Shown in pieces: positions 51,126 through 63,843 of a stretch of 64,000 nt of DNA; the stretch's first letter is position 1, and every line of letters starts with the position of its first letter. Position numbers and translations under genes: made by a program. This stretch comes from Octopus vulgaris (lineage: Eukaryota): contig OX597824.1 of NCBI GenBank assembly GCA_951406725.2, forward strand, positions 41,106,001-41,170,000, written 5' to 3'. The notes under the pieces were generated by a model. That model saw nothing but the letters and a program-made list of their open reading frames with translations. It made no database searches and was not told the DNA's origin.

Positions 51126-51448
51126 GGCGTTCCTTCGATTTAACTCGACAAACCATCACAAGACTTCGGTTGTTTCTATGTCAACTCGACAATTCACTTC
51201 GGATATCTTCGTAACCTTCGTGATAGTGTGCGCGTTCTGTTTTTATATATTTATGTGATGTGGAATATAGATATAACGAAATTATGCCAGCAAAAAGCCT
51301 TGCATATTTGTTCTTACCTGCTTCATTTATGTATCTAAAATCCGCAAATTTTCGGAGGTCACGAAGATATCCGAAGTGAATTGTCGAGATGTCACGGAAA
51401 CAACCGAGGTCTTGTTATGGTGTTGTCGAGTTAAAACGAAGGAACGCC
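51126..51448. mobile_element. MITE with about 95-bp TIRs and 8-bp TSD (Merlin- or hAT-type)
   Basis: GGCGTTCCTTCG ... CGAAGGAACGCC. TSD ATAAAAAC at 51118-51125 and 51449-51456. Confidence 0.85.
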
Positions 51449-51496
51449 ATAAAAACATTTTTTTTGACAATAGTCAATAGTTTTTTTTTTTTACTA

Positions 51497-51897
51497 TAGG
51501 AGTGGCTGTGTGGGAAGTAGCTTGCTTACGAACTAAATGGTTCCGGGTTCAGTCCCACTGCGTGGCACCTTGGGCAAGTATCTTTTACTATAGCATCGGG
51601 CCGACCAAAGCCTTGTGAGTGGATTTGGTAGACGGAAACTGAAAGAAGCCTGTCGTATATATGTATATATATATATGTGTGTATATGTGTGTGTGTCTGT
51701 GTTTGTCCTTCCAACATTGCATGACAACCGATGCTGGTGTGTTTACATCCCCGTAAATTAGCGGTTCGGCAAAAGTGACCGATAGAATAAGTGCTAAGCT
51801 TACAAAGAATAAGTCTTGGGGTCGATTTGCTCGACTAAAGGCGGTGGTCCAGCATGGCCACCTTCAAATGACTGAAGCAAGTAAGAGAGTTAAAGAG
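51497..51897 (+). mobile_element. SINE family A, full length
   Basis: Matches the reference copy. Confidence 0.9.
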
Positions 51898-52654
51898 TCT
51901 GGTACAGATTTGAAATACTTCAAGTGGCTGGAAGAAAATTTAACAAAATGTCAATGCTAAATTATTATTGATTCGGAAAACAAATTAAATTTCTGGAGTA
52001 GAAGTGTCAGCAGTACAGCATGACGTAGGTTAAAATTTATTACCGAAGAATTTCGGATCCGAACATTGACAGTTACTGAATAGAGACTGTTTGCGCCCCA
52101 TTTCTCCAATCAATGATAATAGATAATTCTCTCTCCCCCTCTCTCTTTCTCTTTCACTCTCTCTCTCTTTCTCCCTCCCCCTCTCTCCCTCTCGCTCTCT
52201 CACACACATTTGGGGAACATCTTTTTTAGATATGTTGTATTGAAACCCCGACTCTGTTTTAATTTTATCTCATCTTTTTTTTTTTATTAAGAATTTTTAT
52301 TTGTTATTTCCAATGATAAATTGTATGCAAATTTTAGTTATATATTCACACACACACTTGTATATTATGTATACGTTCACACAGAAACACACACACACAC
52401 ACATGTATGTGCGTGTTTGTGTGTGTGTGTGTGTACCTGCCCACCACCACCACCACCACCACCACCACCACCGTTTGTTAACCGATGTTGGGAAGTTTGC
52501 AGAATCGTTAAGGCATAGGACAAGCTGCTTTGCAGCGATCATTCTAGATCCCCGCGCTCTGAGTTCGAATCTCATCAAGGTTAACTTTCAGTTTTTCGAG
52601 GGTCGATAAATAAAGTACCAATCTTGTACTGCACTCGGTTCTTCCTTTGCTTTT

Positions 52655-53025
52655 CTTTTGTCTTTTACTTGATCGAATCACTGGACTGCGGCCACGCTGT
52701 AGCACCGCTTTGAAAGGAATTAGTTGAACGAACCGAGTCCGGTACTTAGGTTTTGAAGCCTAGTACTTATTCTATCGGATTTTTATACCGAAACGCTAAG
52801 TTATGGGGACGTCAACAAACTAACACCGGTTAGTTTGTGGCGTGGGCGACAAAGACACACACCTGCATGCAGTAACGGGCTTCTTTCGGTTTTCGTTTTC
52901 TAAACCGTTCACATGGCTTTGGTCAGCCCAGGGTTATAGTAAAAAAAATCCTAGCCGAAGATGCAACGCAGTGGGATTGAACATGCGGTTGGGGAGAAAA
53001 CTTTTTACCACACAGCCACGCCATC
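52655..53025 (-). mobile_element. SINE family A, diverged, CpG-retaining
   Basis: Colinear with the reference copy. Confidence 0.75.
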
Positions 53026-53271
53026 GCCAAACTTTTTCTTTCAGTCTCCTTCTCTTCTTTTGGGAGAAATCGACTTCGGTTAGTTCTGAACAAGGATGTA
53101 CTCCGTCAGATCTAACTATGCCATGCACACATTCCATCAAGGTGTTAGGGGTCTGTGACCCGGCATGGCAAAATAAAGTACCAGTCTGGAAGCGGGGTCG
53201 AGTGCGCAGATAGTTTTTTTTTTTAGCTCCCTCAAAAATTTAAAACCTTGTACATGTTAAAAATTGTCACA

Positions 53272-53603
53272 CCGTATATACTCGTGGATACTGGGGTGCG
53301 ACCTATCCACTCAACATCACAGGGATCTGAAGTAGACGGCGGCGTATCAGAAGTCGAGTGGATATATCAATTAGACTACTTTCGTAAAGTCCCTTCTGCA
53401 AAAATGTTATAATATTTGTAAGCAAAGTTTTGAAATAAAGGTGAATATTTGATAATATTTAATAAATATTAGTTATGTTTACGTTGTAAAGGGGCCATTG
53501 TAACCCCCTAATGCCTTATCTGTGAGTTAATTGCAAATAACTACTTCAACAACCCCAAGGTGTGACCTATACACTGGTGCCACTTATCAGCGAGTATATA
53601 CGG
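53272..53603. mobile_element. pogo/Tc1-like MITE
   Basis: CCGTATATACTCG ... CGAGTATATACGG-TA, with subterminal GGTGYGACCTAT repeats. Confidence 0.75.
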
Positions 53604-53917
53604 TACTTCTTTATATTGGCGACAGATACAGTGTTAACACTGAGGTAATACTTATCCCCACTTGGACGTAGATGTTCTGCTAGAACAAACTATTCTGTGC
53701 TATACTGGTGTAATTCTGTTTGATACGAAAACAATGGTGTCTATGGAACAATAACGGAGACATAACCGAAATCTTAAAAATAAGGAAATCTCTCCAAAAC
53801 AGTTGAACATTTCAAATAACTTAAAAGGAGCCTAAACTATGGAAAGATATCAGAGACATAATCGAAATTTTTAACATTATTAAACAATGTAATGACGATT
53901 TATAGATTTATACAGCA

Positions 53918-54085
53918 ATAGGTGCAGGCGTAACTGAGTGGTAAGAAGATTGCTTCCCAACCACATGGTTCCGGGTTCAGTCCCACTGTCTGGCACCTTG
54001 GGCAAGTGTCTTCTATTATAGCCTCGAGCCGACCAAAGCTTTGTGAGTCGATTTGAAAGATGGAAACTGAAAGAAGCTCATCGTA
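53918..54085 (+). mobile_element. SINE family A 5' half, with a mariner inserted in its (TA)n
   Basis: Head and core intact up to GAAGCTCATCGTATA. Confidence 0.8.
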
Positions 54086-54604
54086 TATTATATATATACA
54101 AAGTGATGTCAAAAGGTTCCCGGACTAGTTATGTTTAATAAAAAAATAACTTATTTAACCTAAGTTTTAGCACCATCTTCAAAATAGTCACCTTGCGCAG
54201 CACTACACTGGTCCCAGCGTTCCTACCGGTTTTGGAATCCAACCTGGAAGTCGTTTTAGGCGTAAAGCGAGTTGAGGACTTTCTACGATTCGCTCCTTTT
54301 CTCGACAACGGTGTTAAAACGGCGACCTTTGAGCTGCATTTTCATCTTGGAGAAGAGATGGAAGTCCCCAGGTGCTAAATCTGGCGAATAGGGCGAGTGC
54401 GGATGCGACGCCTTGTTGTTTTTGGCGAGAAACTCACGAGTGTGAAGGGCTCGGTGACAGGATACATTGCCGTCGTGAAGAATCTAATTCTTTGCACTCC
54501 ACAGAACCGCACAGTTTAGGCGAATTTCCTCCCTCGAACGCTTGAAAACGTCGCTGCAGAACTCTGGATTGAAAGTCTGTCCCCGAGGGACCAAATTCTC
54601 GATA

Positions 54605-54984
<380 letters not shown>

Positions 54985-55069
54985 AATACTGCGGATGGCG
55001 AAAAAACTGATGAGCATACTCTTGATTGAGCTGCAGCTCTGCCGTACACCTGTGCCACTCGAAACATTA

Positions 55070-55267
<198 letters not shown>

Positions 55268-55559
55268 TCATTCGGCATACTGCGTCACGAAGGTCACTGC
55301 TAGCTCTCACTGCGCACGCAACCGTGTGCTGCCATCTGTTGGCGCGCTACAGAACTAGTCCGGGAACTTATCTATTCATTGTTTTGCATTAATCATGCAT
55401 TATCATGTAGCTTAGAGATGTGATTGTTTATTTTTAGAATGACATTGTAGGCTAGGTGTAAGAGGCTGGATCTAGCCAGTATGAACATAAAACAGATAAA
55501 ATAATTTGGCCAGATATGGCCGGTTAAAACTTAAAATCATACCAGCGGAGTACTGGGTC

Positions 55560-55900
55560 TACCAAAACCTTGGGAATGAATTTGGTTGTATGTGTGCATA
55601 TGTGTGTGTATACACACGCGCACACACACATATATATATATGTATATGTATGTGTGTGTGTGTGTAACGGTATCTCTCTGCTTGTGCTAGTCCCCCCTTA
55701 CCGCTTGACAACCGGTGTTAGTTTGTTTACGTCCCCGTAACATAGCAGTTCGGTAAAAGGGACCGATAGAAAAAGTACCTGGCTTAAGGAATAAATAAAT
55801 AAATAAATAAGTACTGGGGTCGATTTGCTCAACTGAACGCTTCAAGGTGGTGTCACAGGATGGCTTCAGTCCAGTGAGTGAAACAAGTAAAAGAAAGGTA
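55560..55900 (+). mobile_element. SINE family A, 3' portion
   Basis: GTTTACGTCCCCGTAAC..GTACTGGGGTCGATTTGCTC..GAAACAAGTAAAAG. Confidence 0.8.
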
Positions 55901-56099
55901 AATACTTCGAATTCGCTAGAATTGGTAGAACAGCGAAATAAAGTACCTTGTAGTATTTACTAACATCTCTTTGCTCTCTGAGTTGGAATCCCACCCTAGG
56001 TTCACTTTGCATTTCATTCTTTCGGAGTCGATAAAATAAAGTACCAGGAATATACTGGGGTCAAGTTAATCGCCCTACAAAATTTCTAGCTGTGCATCC

Positions 56100-56304
56100 A
56101 GGCGCAGGAGTGGATGTGTGGTAAGTAGCTTGCTTACGAATCACATGGTTCTGGGTTCAGTCCCACTGCGTGGCACCTTGGGCAAGTGTCTTCTACTATA
56201 GCCTCGGGCCGACCAAAGCCTTGTGAGTGGATTTGGTAGACGGAAACTGAAAGAAGCCCGTCGTATGTATGTATGTATGTATGTATGTATGTATGTATGT
56301 ATGT

Positions 56305-56364
<60 letters not shown>

Positions 56365-56540
56365 ATGTTTGTGTATCTGTGTTTGTCACCCCAACATCGC
56401 TTGACAACTTAGCGGTTCGACAAAAGAGACCGATAGAATAAGTACTAGACTTACAAAGAGTAAGTCCTGGGGTCGATTTGCTCGACTAAAGGTGGTGCTC
56501 CAGCATGGCCGCATTCAAATGACTGAAACAAGTAAAAGTG
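56100..56540 (+). mobile_element. SINE family A, full length
   Basis: Matches the reference copy. Confidence 0.92.
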
Positions 56541-57395
56541 AGATAGAAATACATATAATCAATTATTTCCCCCCTCTTCCACCCTCTAGATAAATGTGTG
56601 GCCTCGTTACTAAGTCAGAAATCGCTATTAAAAGATGTCTTATTGTATTTTGTTTTAGTATTTTTTTTTATTCATTCTCATGTTTGAATGTATCTTTTTT
56701 TTTCTTTTGTTTCTCCAGTGGGTGGTGCCCATATTTTTTTTTAATATTTTATATACATGTATACATATAATGTTTTTGGATTATTTTTCTCGAAGCTGAC
56801 CAGAATGTCTGGAACACTTTTCGTTTCATGCTTGACTGAACAGCGATCCAATAATAAAGTGACATATTTGTGCCGTATTGACCTCTCAGTCTATATAGCC
56901 AGTCTTGAAATCACATAAGTTTACAATCACCATTCGCTTTTACCGAGGCTGGACAACGGACAATAATTGAAGGACACCTGCTGTCCAAGTAGAATATTCT
57001 GTGCTCAGACGGGAGATTCTGACTGCCCGCTGGCCATTAGTGTCCAGCTACTACTGACTAAACAATAGCACTAAAAGTAGTCGCCTTTAATAAAAGCAAA
57101 AATTATTAACGAAGAATGTTCTCTAATGGTTTGGTCACCACTTGGACAGTTAGTGCGTCCGCTCACTGTTTCTTTATTTCTTTCGTTACTTTCTCTTTTT
57201 CTTTTCTGTTTTATCTTTCTTTTTCCTTTCCTTCTTATCTTGCGTCTTATCGCTTTGTACTGCTTTACTTCTTACGTTGTTTTTCTTTCATGTTTGTATT
57301 AAAAACCAATCTTTTTCAGACGTGTCCATTTATCACGGATTCGTCATTTATGCAGTTTGGAAACCCACTTTCTCCGCAGTCTCTTCAGAGGACAT

Positions 57396-57748
57396 CCTCC
57401 TCCTCCTCCTCCTCTTCCACGACCCACAATGTCCTTCTCCTTACTTTACTACAACTACAAACACCACCCTAACAACAACAACAACAACAATAATCATCAT
57501 TACCACCACCAGCACCACCAACAACACCATCACCATCAACATCATCATCACCATCGCCACCGCCACCACCACCGCCGTCGCGTTAGTTTCCGCTACCGCT
57601 GTCCCCGTTACCGCTGCCATCACTGTTATCATCATCATCATCATCATTTTCGTTTTACTTTTTACATTCATTTTTTCTTCTTAGGACTTTTCCCCTTCTT
57701 CTTCTTCTTCTTCTTCTTCTTCTTCTTCTTCTTCTTCTTCTTCTTCTT

Positions 57749-57777
<29 letters not shown>
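57396..57777. repeat. Triplet-repeat tract ending in (TTC)n
   Basis: (TCC)n, (AAC)n, (CAY)n and about 28 copies of (TTC). Confidence 0.9.
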
Positions 57778-57779
<2 letters not shown>

Positions 57780-57963
57780 ATACATACATACAAGTGTATG
57801 TTTTGACCTAGCTGCACTAGTAACTATTTGTTCGTTCTTAATACCCATATTCTTCATAGTATTCGTGTTCCCAAGAGGCTATACATAGTGACACTCAACT
57901 CTAAGCGCACGGTTCCTTACAGCTACTGAAAAGCATTGCTTACCTCCTGTCCTTTCCACATTA

Positions 57964-58026
<63 letters not shown>

Positions 58027-58087
58027 AAGGAGCTTCTACAGGACTAGAACTGTTTCATTCAAATGAAATCATCAAATGAAATCATCA

Positions 58088-58142
58088 GGAGCTTCCTGAT
58101 GATTTCATTTGAATGAAACAGTTCTAGTCCTGTAGAAGCTCC
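58088..58142 (+). ncRNA. Type I hammerhead ribozyme with intact core
   Basis: Stem I GGAGCTTC/GAAGCTCC (8 bp), CTGATGA, stem II TTC(ATTT)GAA with a U.U closing mismatch, GAAA, stem III ACAG/CTGT with loop TTCTAGTC, and GUA cleavage triplet (58132-58134). Confidence 0.8.
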
Positions 58143-58220
58143 TTCTATAAAATAAATTAATTTACTCTGCTATGTATTGAGTACCTTATTTACTGTGGTT
58201 AACCTCGACTCAACTCGGGA

Positions 58221-58280
<60 letters not shown>

Positions 58281-58756
58281 TATATACATACGTATATGTA
58301 CACACTTACATCTATACGTATATATAATTTATATATAAATATATATATTGTCTTCTTCTGCCGAAAAAGGCATTTTTTTCCAAATACGCCAGCTAAACTA
58401 AGTTGTACTGTCTATAGTCGTAAGGCACCCGCTGTTTTTGTCCTATTATTACTATTATTGTTTTTTGTATTTATATTCGTGTGGCATCGTCCGTTCTTCT
58501 GTCCTTGTTTCGTATACATTCGATCCCTTTTCCAAGAAATCTAATGCTCGTAGCTTAGTTTTTTCCTTGGGGCTGGCCGGATCGGAGCGATCTCCAGATT
58601 AATCAGCCGAGATTGCGAGGATGATCCGGTTCTTGACTGAAGAATGTCCCGACCGTGTTTTTTGTATCGTCTTCTAAATGTTTTACGTTCTTGTCCCAGT
58701 TTGTATTTTTCTACATATAATATATGTATATATATATATATGCATATGTGGGCACA

Positions 58757-58881
58757 TTCGAAATAATAGTTCATATTCCATGTACTGGTACTTCGTATTT
58801 TTTGTTGTACATGTTTCATGACATCCTGTGCCCACATATGCATTTATATATACATATAGATGTAATTATGTGCATATATGT

Positions 58882-58913
<32 letters not shown>

Positions 58914-59693
58914 TATTCATATTATTATATGATTGAACACCACGCATCCTCTTCCAAGTAGGTTTTATCTTAATAATTCTGATGCGCTCTCTATACAATC
59001 TTTTTACTATTTCGTTTTTCTTTCTTTCTCTCTCATATTCTTTTACCTCCTCTTCTCCCACTATTCTCTCCTATTACTCCGTCACTTTCTCCCGCATCCC
59101 TCTTATCTTGCTCACGTGGCTCCCACGTGACCATCGTTCATCTTTCTTTCTTCTCCTAATTTGTGTTCGTTTCTTTCTCTCTGTTGTAGCTGGAACAAGG
59201 AAGACGTGTTCTTGTCTGTCACCTGTCCAAGCTTGATTTACGCGCTTACCACCACAACCTCGTTTAAGCTTAGCAGCCCTTCCTGTTTGTTTTCACTGTC
59301 CTGTTTGTGTTACCAATTTTGACTCTCTCCAAAATCCCAAATTTTATTTAATTTGCTTTGCTGGAGCAACAGTTTTATCGAAAGCGTATATTATTGTTAG
59401 ATGCTCGAAATACGAGAGTAGAAAAACAGCTGACAGCTGATGAAGAGTCGTTCCATATGTTGTTTGTCTAGTTTTCCATTTGTGTTTTTCGTTGTTCGAA
59501 AAAATAGTTCATATTCCATGTACTCGTACTTCGCATTTTTGGTTGTAGACGTTTCATGACGTCCTGTGCCCACATATGCATATATATAAGTATAGATGTA
59601 TGTACATATTCGTATGTGTATATGCATATATATATATAAAATTTATATTATTATATGATTGAACGCCATGCATCCTCTTCCAAGTAAGTTTTA

Positions 59694-59696
<3 letters not shown>
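58757..59696. mobile_element. Element bounded by about 200-bp direct repeats with a short inverted 5' extension (pLTR-like)
   Basis: 58757-58970 approximates 59495-59696. ATGCATATGTGGGCACA (58740-58756) is the inverse of an internal TGTGCCCACATATGCAT. Confidence 0.6.
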
Positions 59697-59749
<53 letters not shown>

Positions 59750-59789
59750 CATACATTTTCAAAATATAAAGTACTGTATATGTGTGTGC

Positions 59790-59850
<61 letters not shown>

Positions 59851-60255
59851 CAAGGAAACCACCCCACCGTCCAATGGATGGTGCTGAGTTGTCATATATT
59901 TAAACCAAAATTTCTCAAAACAACAAGTCCCACCGTCCCATAGGATTTAACTTAAATTTGAGACACCAGCAAAAGAAGAAATAAAGATAGACTTTTTCTT
60001 TTCCAAAGAAAAACGATTTTATTCACACAAATATGCAACCGAAGAGTTTAAAGTACCAGTGAAAAGAGGAAGGAAAGTGAGCATGAAGAGAAGGCAATAA
60101 AATGTGAGAGAGGGGGAACGAAAGAACGAAGAGTGGAATGAACGAAGTAAGCGTGAAAGGGCTGATAGAAAGAAGGAAAGAATAAAAGAATAGAGTCGTA
60201 TAAGATTTAGATAAATATATACTTACATATAAGAGACTAAAGTGTACGTACGCCG

Positions 60256-60296
<41 letters not shown>

Positions 60297-60399
60297 AATA
60301 TATAAAGTTAATCTAAACACGAAAACACAAAGAGAAAACACAACAAAGCGAGGACCCGGAACAAGTATAGTATTATTGGACGCTCAGAAAAGAAGGAGG

Positions 60400-60434
60400 G
60401 TTTAACGATTCGAGTGGAGCTCTTCGTCAGAAAC
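60400..60434 (-). ncRNA. Degenerate minimal hammerhead motif
   Basis: Minus strand GTTT-CTGACGA-A-GAG(CTCCA)CTC-GAAT-CG-TT-AAAC, with A15.1>U. Lies in a (TA)n-flanked 200-bp element. Confidence 0.6.
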
Positions 60435-60511
60435 ATAGGAAAAGGAAAGATCCAAAGAAGGGAAGACGGAGGAAAAAAATGGCCAACGGTACACACCACG
60501 CGGTGACATTT

Positions 60512-60573
<62 letters not shown>

Positions 60574-61129
60574 CAAAATGGGACAAGAACGCAAAACATC
60601 CAGACAGGTATTACAAGAAAGGGACGACAAAACATCCAGATAGACGATACAAACAAAACAAGCACGGGTCATTCGGAGTTTTCTTTCCTCCTCTTTTCAC
60701 CTCTTTTCACATCATTAAATTTCAAAATTAGTTCCTGCAAAATGTGCATTCATGTGTTTATTGAATGTCTAATAATGTTGTCTCTCTGTAAATAAAGTGT
60801 TTATCTAAAACAAAATGTAGCTGCAAAGAGGTCTTTTCCTTCCGGAATTTCTTTTATTAACTTGTAACCATATTAAAGGGCAAAGATCATTGACCGTAGC
60901 ATTGAATCACGTGATGAAGGGATCATGTAAATCGGAAAAGCATGCAACATTATCGTGAATTTTAGTTTAATTTTATCCATTTATCTTTTACTTGTTTTTT
61001 TTTTGTTATTAGACTGGGGCCTTACTGGGGCACCAACTTTAATGGTTTTAGTTGAACGAATCGACGCTAGTATCTATATTTTTAAATCGATTTTTATAGG
61101 TTCTCAATTTTTCCCGATGAGATGATCAC

Positions 61130-62440
61130 CCACTTCTATATCAAACTATTCTTGGTATTTTGATCATTATACTGCTACATTTTGCATTGATATCATTAGT
61201 ATCTTACCTCATTTTGTGTCTTCTGCAAGACTTCCTTAGATGAAATTTGTGAAATAAAGGGTAATTTAAGAGAATTGATGGGGCTATATTTGTTGATAAA
61301 CAGTATTAAAATATCCGAATTTTGAATCGATGTGTTATTTTCTTGAATCTATGTCATGTTATTTTACCAATAGTTCTATTGAAATTTTCTGATAGAAGAA
61401 CTTACTTTTTTTATATTGTACACCACGTTGTTCTAAACACTTATTGAAATTACAGTTTATAAACTGTGGATCATTGTCAAAAGCAATTCCTTTTTGGGAT
61501 TCCTCAAGTCTTCAAGATATGGAAAGTAATTCTATGCAACTAATCATATTCAAAGTTTCAATCGATTTCACGAATATTATATCCAGGCAGCATAAAAGAG
61601 GAAAGAGGCAGGGTAAAGAGGAAAGACCCCCTTCGGTCATGAATGACCATAGAGTTGCAACTAGAAAGTTCCCCTCCAAGGTACATGTCCGGGTAAGGTT
61701 GTTAACGGAAGACCACCTGTCGCCTATGCATACCAGCCTCCCCTTACTACAGCACTGATGTTATCCAAAGGAAAGGTAAAGGCCGAGACAGCTTGGTACC
61801 AGTACATCGCAACTCGTTTCTGCAGCTGAGTGAACTGGAACAACGTGAAATAAAGTGTCATACTCAAAAACAAAACACAGAGCTCCGTTCGGGAATCGAA
61901 CTCACTACCTCATGATTGTGAGCCCGATGTTTTAACCACTGAGCCATGCCCTTCACAGCATGATGTGACATCTACCATAACTGTGTTTCTCAATTGGATA
62001 GTGGACTCTTGGTGTCGTGGACATTATTAAGAGTTCTAACGGCTCAGACTGTTCAAATGATACATCAATCAAACAATTCCTAATTTTCAACTCTATATCT
62101 TTGTCAATGATTACTTAGGAGTCGCTTTGCTTTTTTCCATTCTAGTATGGCACTTATGGGCGTTTCTGACGCAAAAGGAATGATGATCCGATCACTTTGT
62201 AGAACGATGTCCAATTTATCTGTAAGCCTTTGATTTATGCAGAAATAACTCCAACTTGTCGAATTTCTCCTGTCACCAGTTTGTGTTGCTTCAGTTATTG
62301 CCCAAGTAGTTGACTTTCCATTTGAATGTTTTAACAAATCAGATGAGGTTATGACATCTAGAATTGCATTAGCAATTTAGCTGATTGCCGTAGGCGCTGT
62401 ATAACGGAATGATCAAGAAGGTAGCTTCGCATTTACGAGA
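61130..62440 (-). pseudogene. Highly decayed Ty3/gypsy pol (integrase) remnants
   Basis: DIVLQSDRIIIP (cf. LLRGDRIVIP) and GIPK..IAFDNDPQFIN..F..CLEQRGVQYKK (cf. GIP..I.SDNGPQF). Confidence 0.5.
61625..61955 (-). mobile_element. SINE family C
   Basis: Matches 28290-28540 and extends its 3' tail. Confidence 0.85.
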
Positions 62441-62984
62441 TTCTGCGTTCATCCCTACAGCACGGTATCTTGGGCAACTGTAATTTTTTAAATATCTTCG
62501 CGTCGATCCACGTGAGTGAAATTGAGTAAAGAGAAACTGCACAGAAGCCCGTCGGTTGGATTGTACATATAATTGGAAAGGTACGACCCTCTCTCTCTCT
62601 TTCTTTCACCCCCCCCATACACTACCACGCTGATTCAGCTTCTGATTTACGTCTAGAGTACACGTGTCAGTGGAATGCTCAGCCAATTACACGATAATAT
62701 AGAAAAAAAAGTATTAAGTTGATTGAACAATTGTCGAACGATGGAGATACGCCATCATGTTGATCATCACAATTAATCTGAAGGATAAAAAACATCGCCG
62801 TTAACTGACAATAATTTTTCTGGGTAACTTACCTCATTTGCCCTTCACGTTGGCGTGGTCGGAAATGTTGTTAAAGTTGCGAAACTGTGGTTTGTCTTGA
62901 TTTGAACACGTTCACGAAAGAGAAGGTATATTAATCACTTGGTAGCAACTAGGACCAGATCTAAATGAGAAGGGAAGCTAATCA

Positions 62985-63362
62985 AGCGTGGTAAGAGGTT
63001 TGCTTCCCAACAACATGGTACCAATTTCAGTCCCACTGCGTGACACCTTGGGCAAGTAAATGTTTTCTGTTATAGCCTCGGTCCAACCAAAGTTGGAAAC
63101 TAATAGAAAATGAAAGATATATCTATATATCTCTCTCTATATCTTTGTGTGTGTAATTTTGTGTCTGTGTCTGTCCGCCACAACCGTTTGACGACCGATG
63201 TTGGTTTGTTTATGCCCCCATAACTTAAAGGTCCGGCCAAAGTGACTGATAGAATAAGTACCAAAAAGTACTGGGGTCGATTCATTCGATGAAAGTTTCT
63301 TCCAGGCGGTGCCCTAGCATGACCGCAATCTAATGATTGAAATAAGTAAAAGATAAAAGATA
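62985..63362 (+). mobile_element. SINE family A, diverged
   Basis: CAGTCCCACTGCGTGACACCTTGGGCAAGT..GATAGAATAAGTACC. Confidence 0.8.
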
Positions 63363-63420
63363 ATCAAGAATTCTCCAAAATTTACAAAAGACAGTCTGAT
63401 TATCAGGAGGCAAGGGAACA

Positions 63421-63465
63421 GCTGTGGACACGACATTCTACCTCAATAGACGTCATCAGCACAGC
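63421..63465 (-). ncRNA. Degenerate type I hammerhead motif
   Basis: Minus strand GCTGTG-CTGATGA-CGTCT(ATTG)AGGTA-GAAT-GTCGT-GTC-CACAGC. Perfect 6-bp stem I and GUC triplet, damaged GAAA and stem III. Confidence 0.55.
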
Positions 63466-63723
63466 AGTTGTCATACATTGTCACTTACAGAAAGGACAAT
63501 TAGACAAATACCAAAAAGAATAGGAAACATTTATGGCTTAGTTAATTTGCATGAATGAAGCAAAAATTAGATTAGAGAAGTAACTCGAAATGCTTAAAGG
63601 CATTTCGTCTGGCTTTACATTTTGAATTCAGATTCGTCTGTGCCTTTCATCCTTTCGGAATCGATAAAATAGGTACCAGTTGACCCCTTATCCTCTCCCC
63701 CAAAATTTCAAGGTCTCGTACCA

Positions 63724-63812
63724 TTCTTCTTCTTCTTCTTCTTCTTCTTCTTCTTCTTCTTCTTCTTCTTCTTCTTCTTCTTCTTCTTCTTCTTCTTCTT
63801 CTTCTTCTTCTT

Positions 63813-63842
<30 letters not shown>
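63724..63842. repeat. (TTC)n microsatellite, about 39 units
   Basis: Directly visible. Confidence 0.98.

Positions 63843-63843
<1 letters not shown>

Noticed and set aside
55005-55030. CTGATGAG motif
   Set aside because: It is antisense of the mariner MLIS codons, with no ribozyme stems.
59425-59500. CTGATGAAGAG as an HHR core
   Set aside because: No correctly placed stem II-GAAA-stem III downstream.
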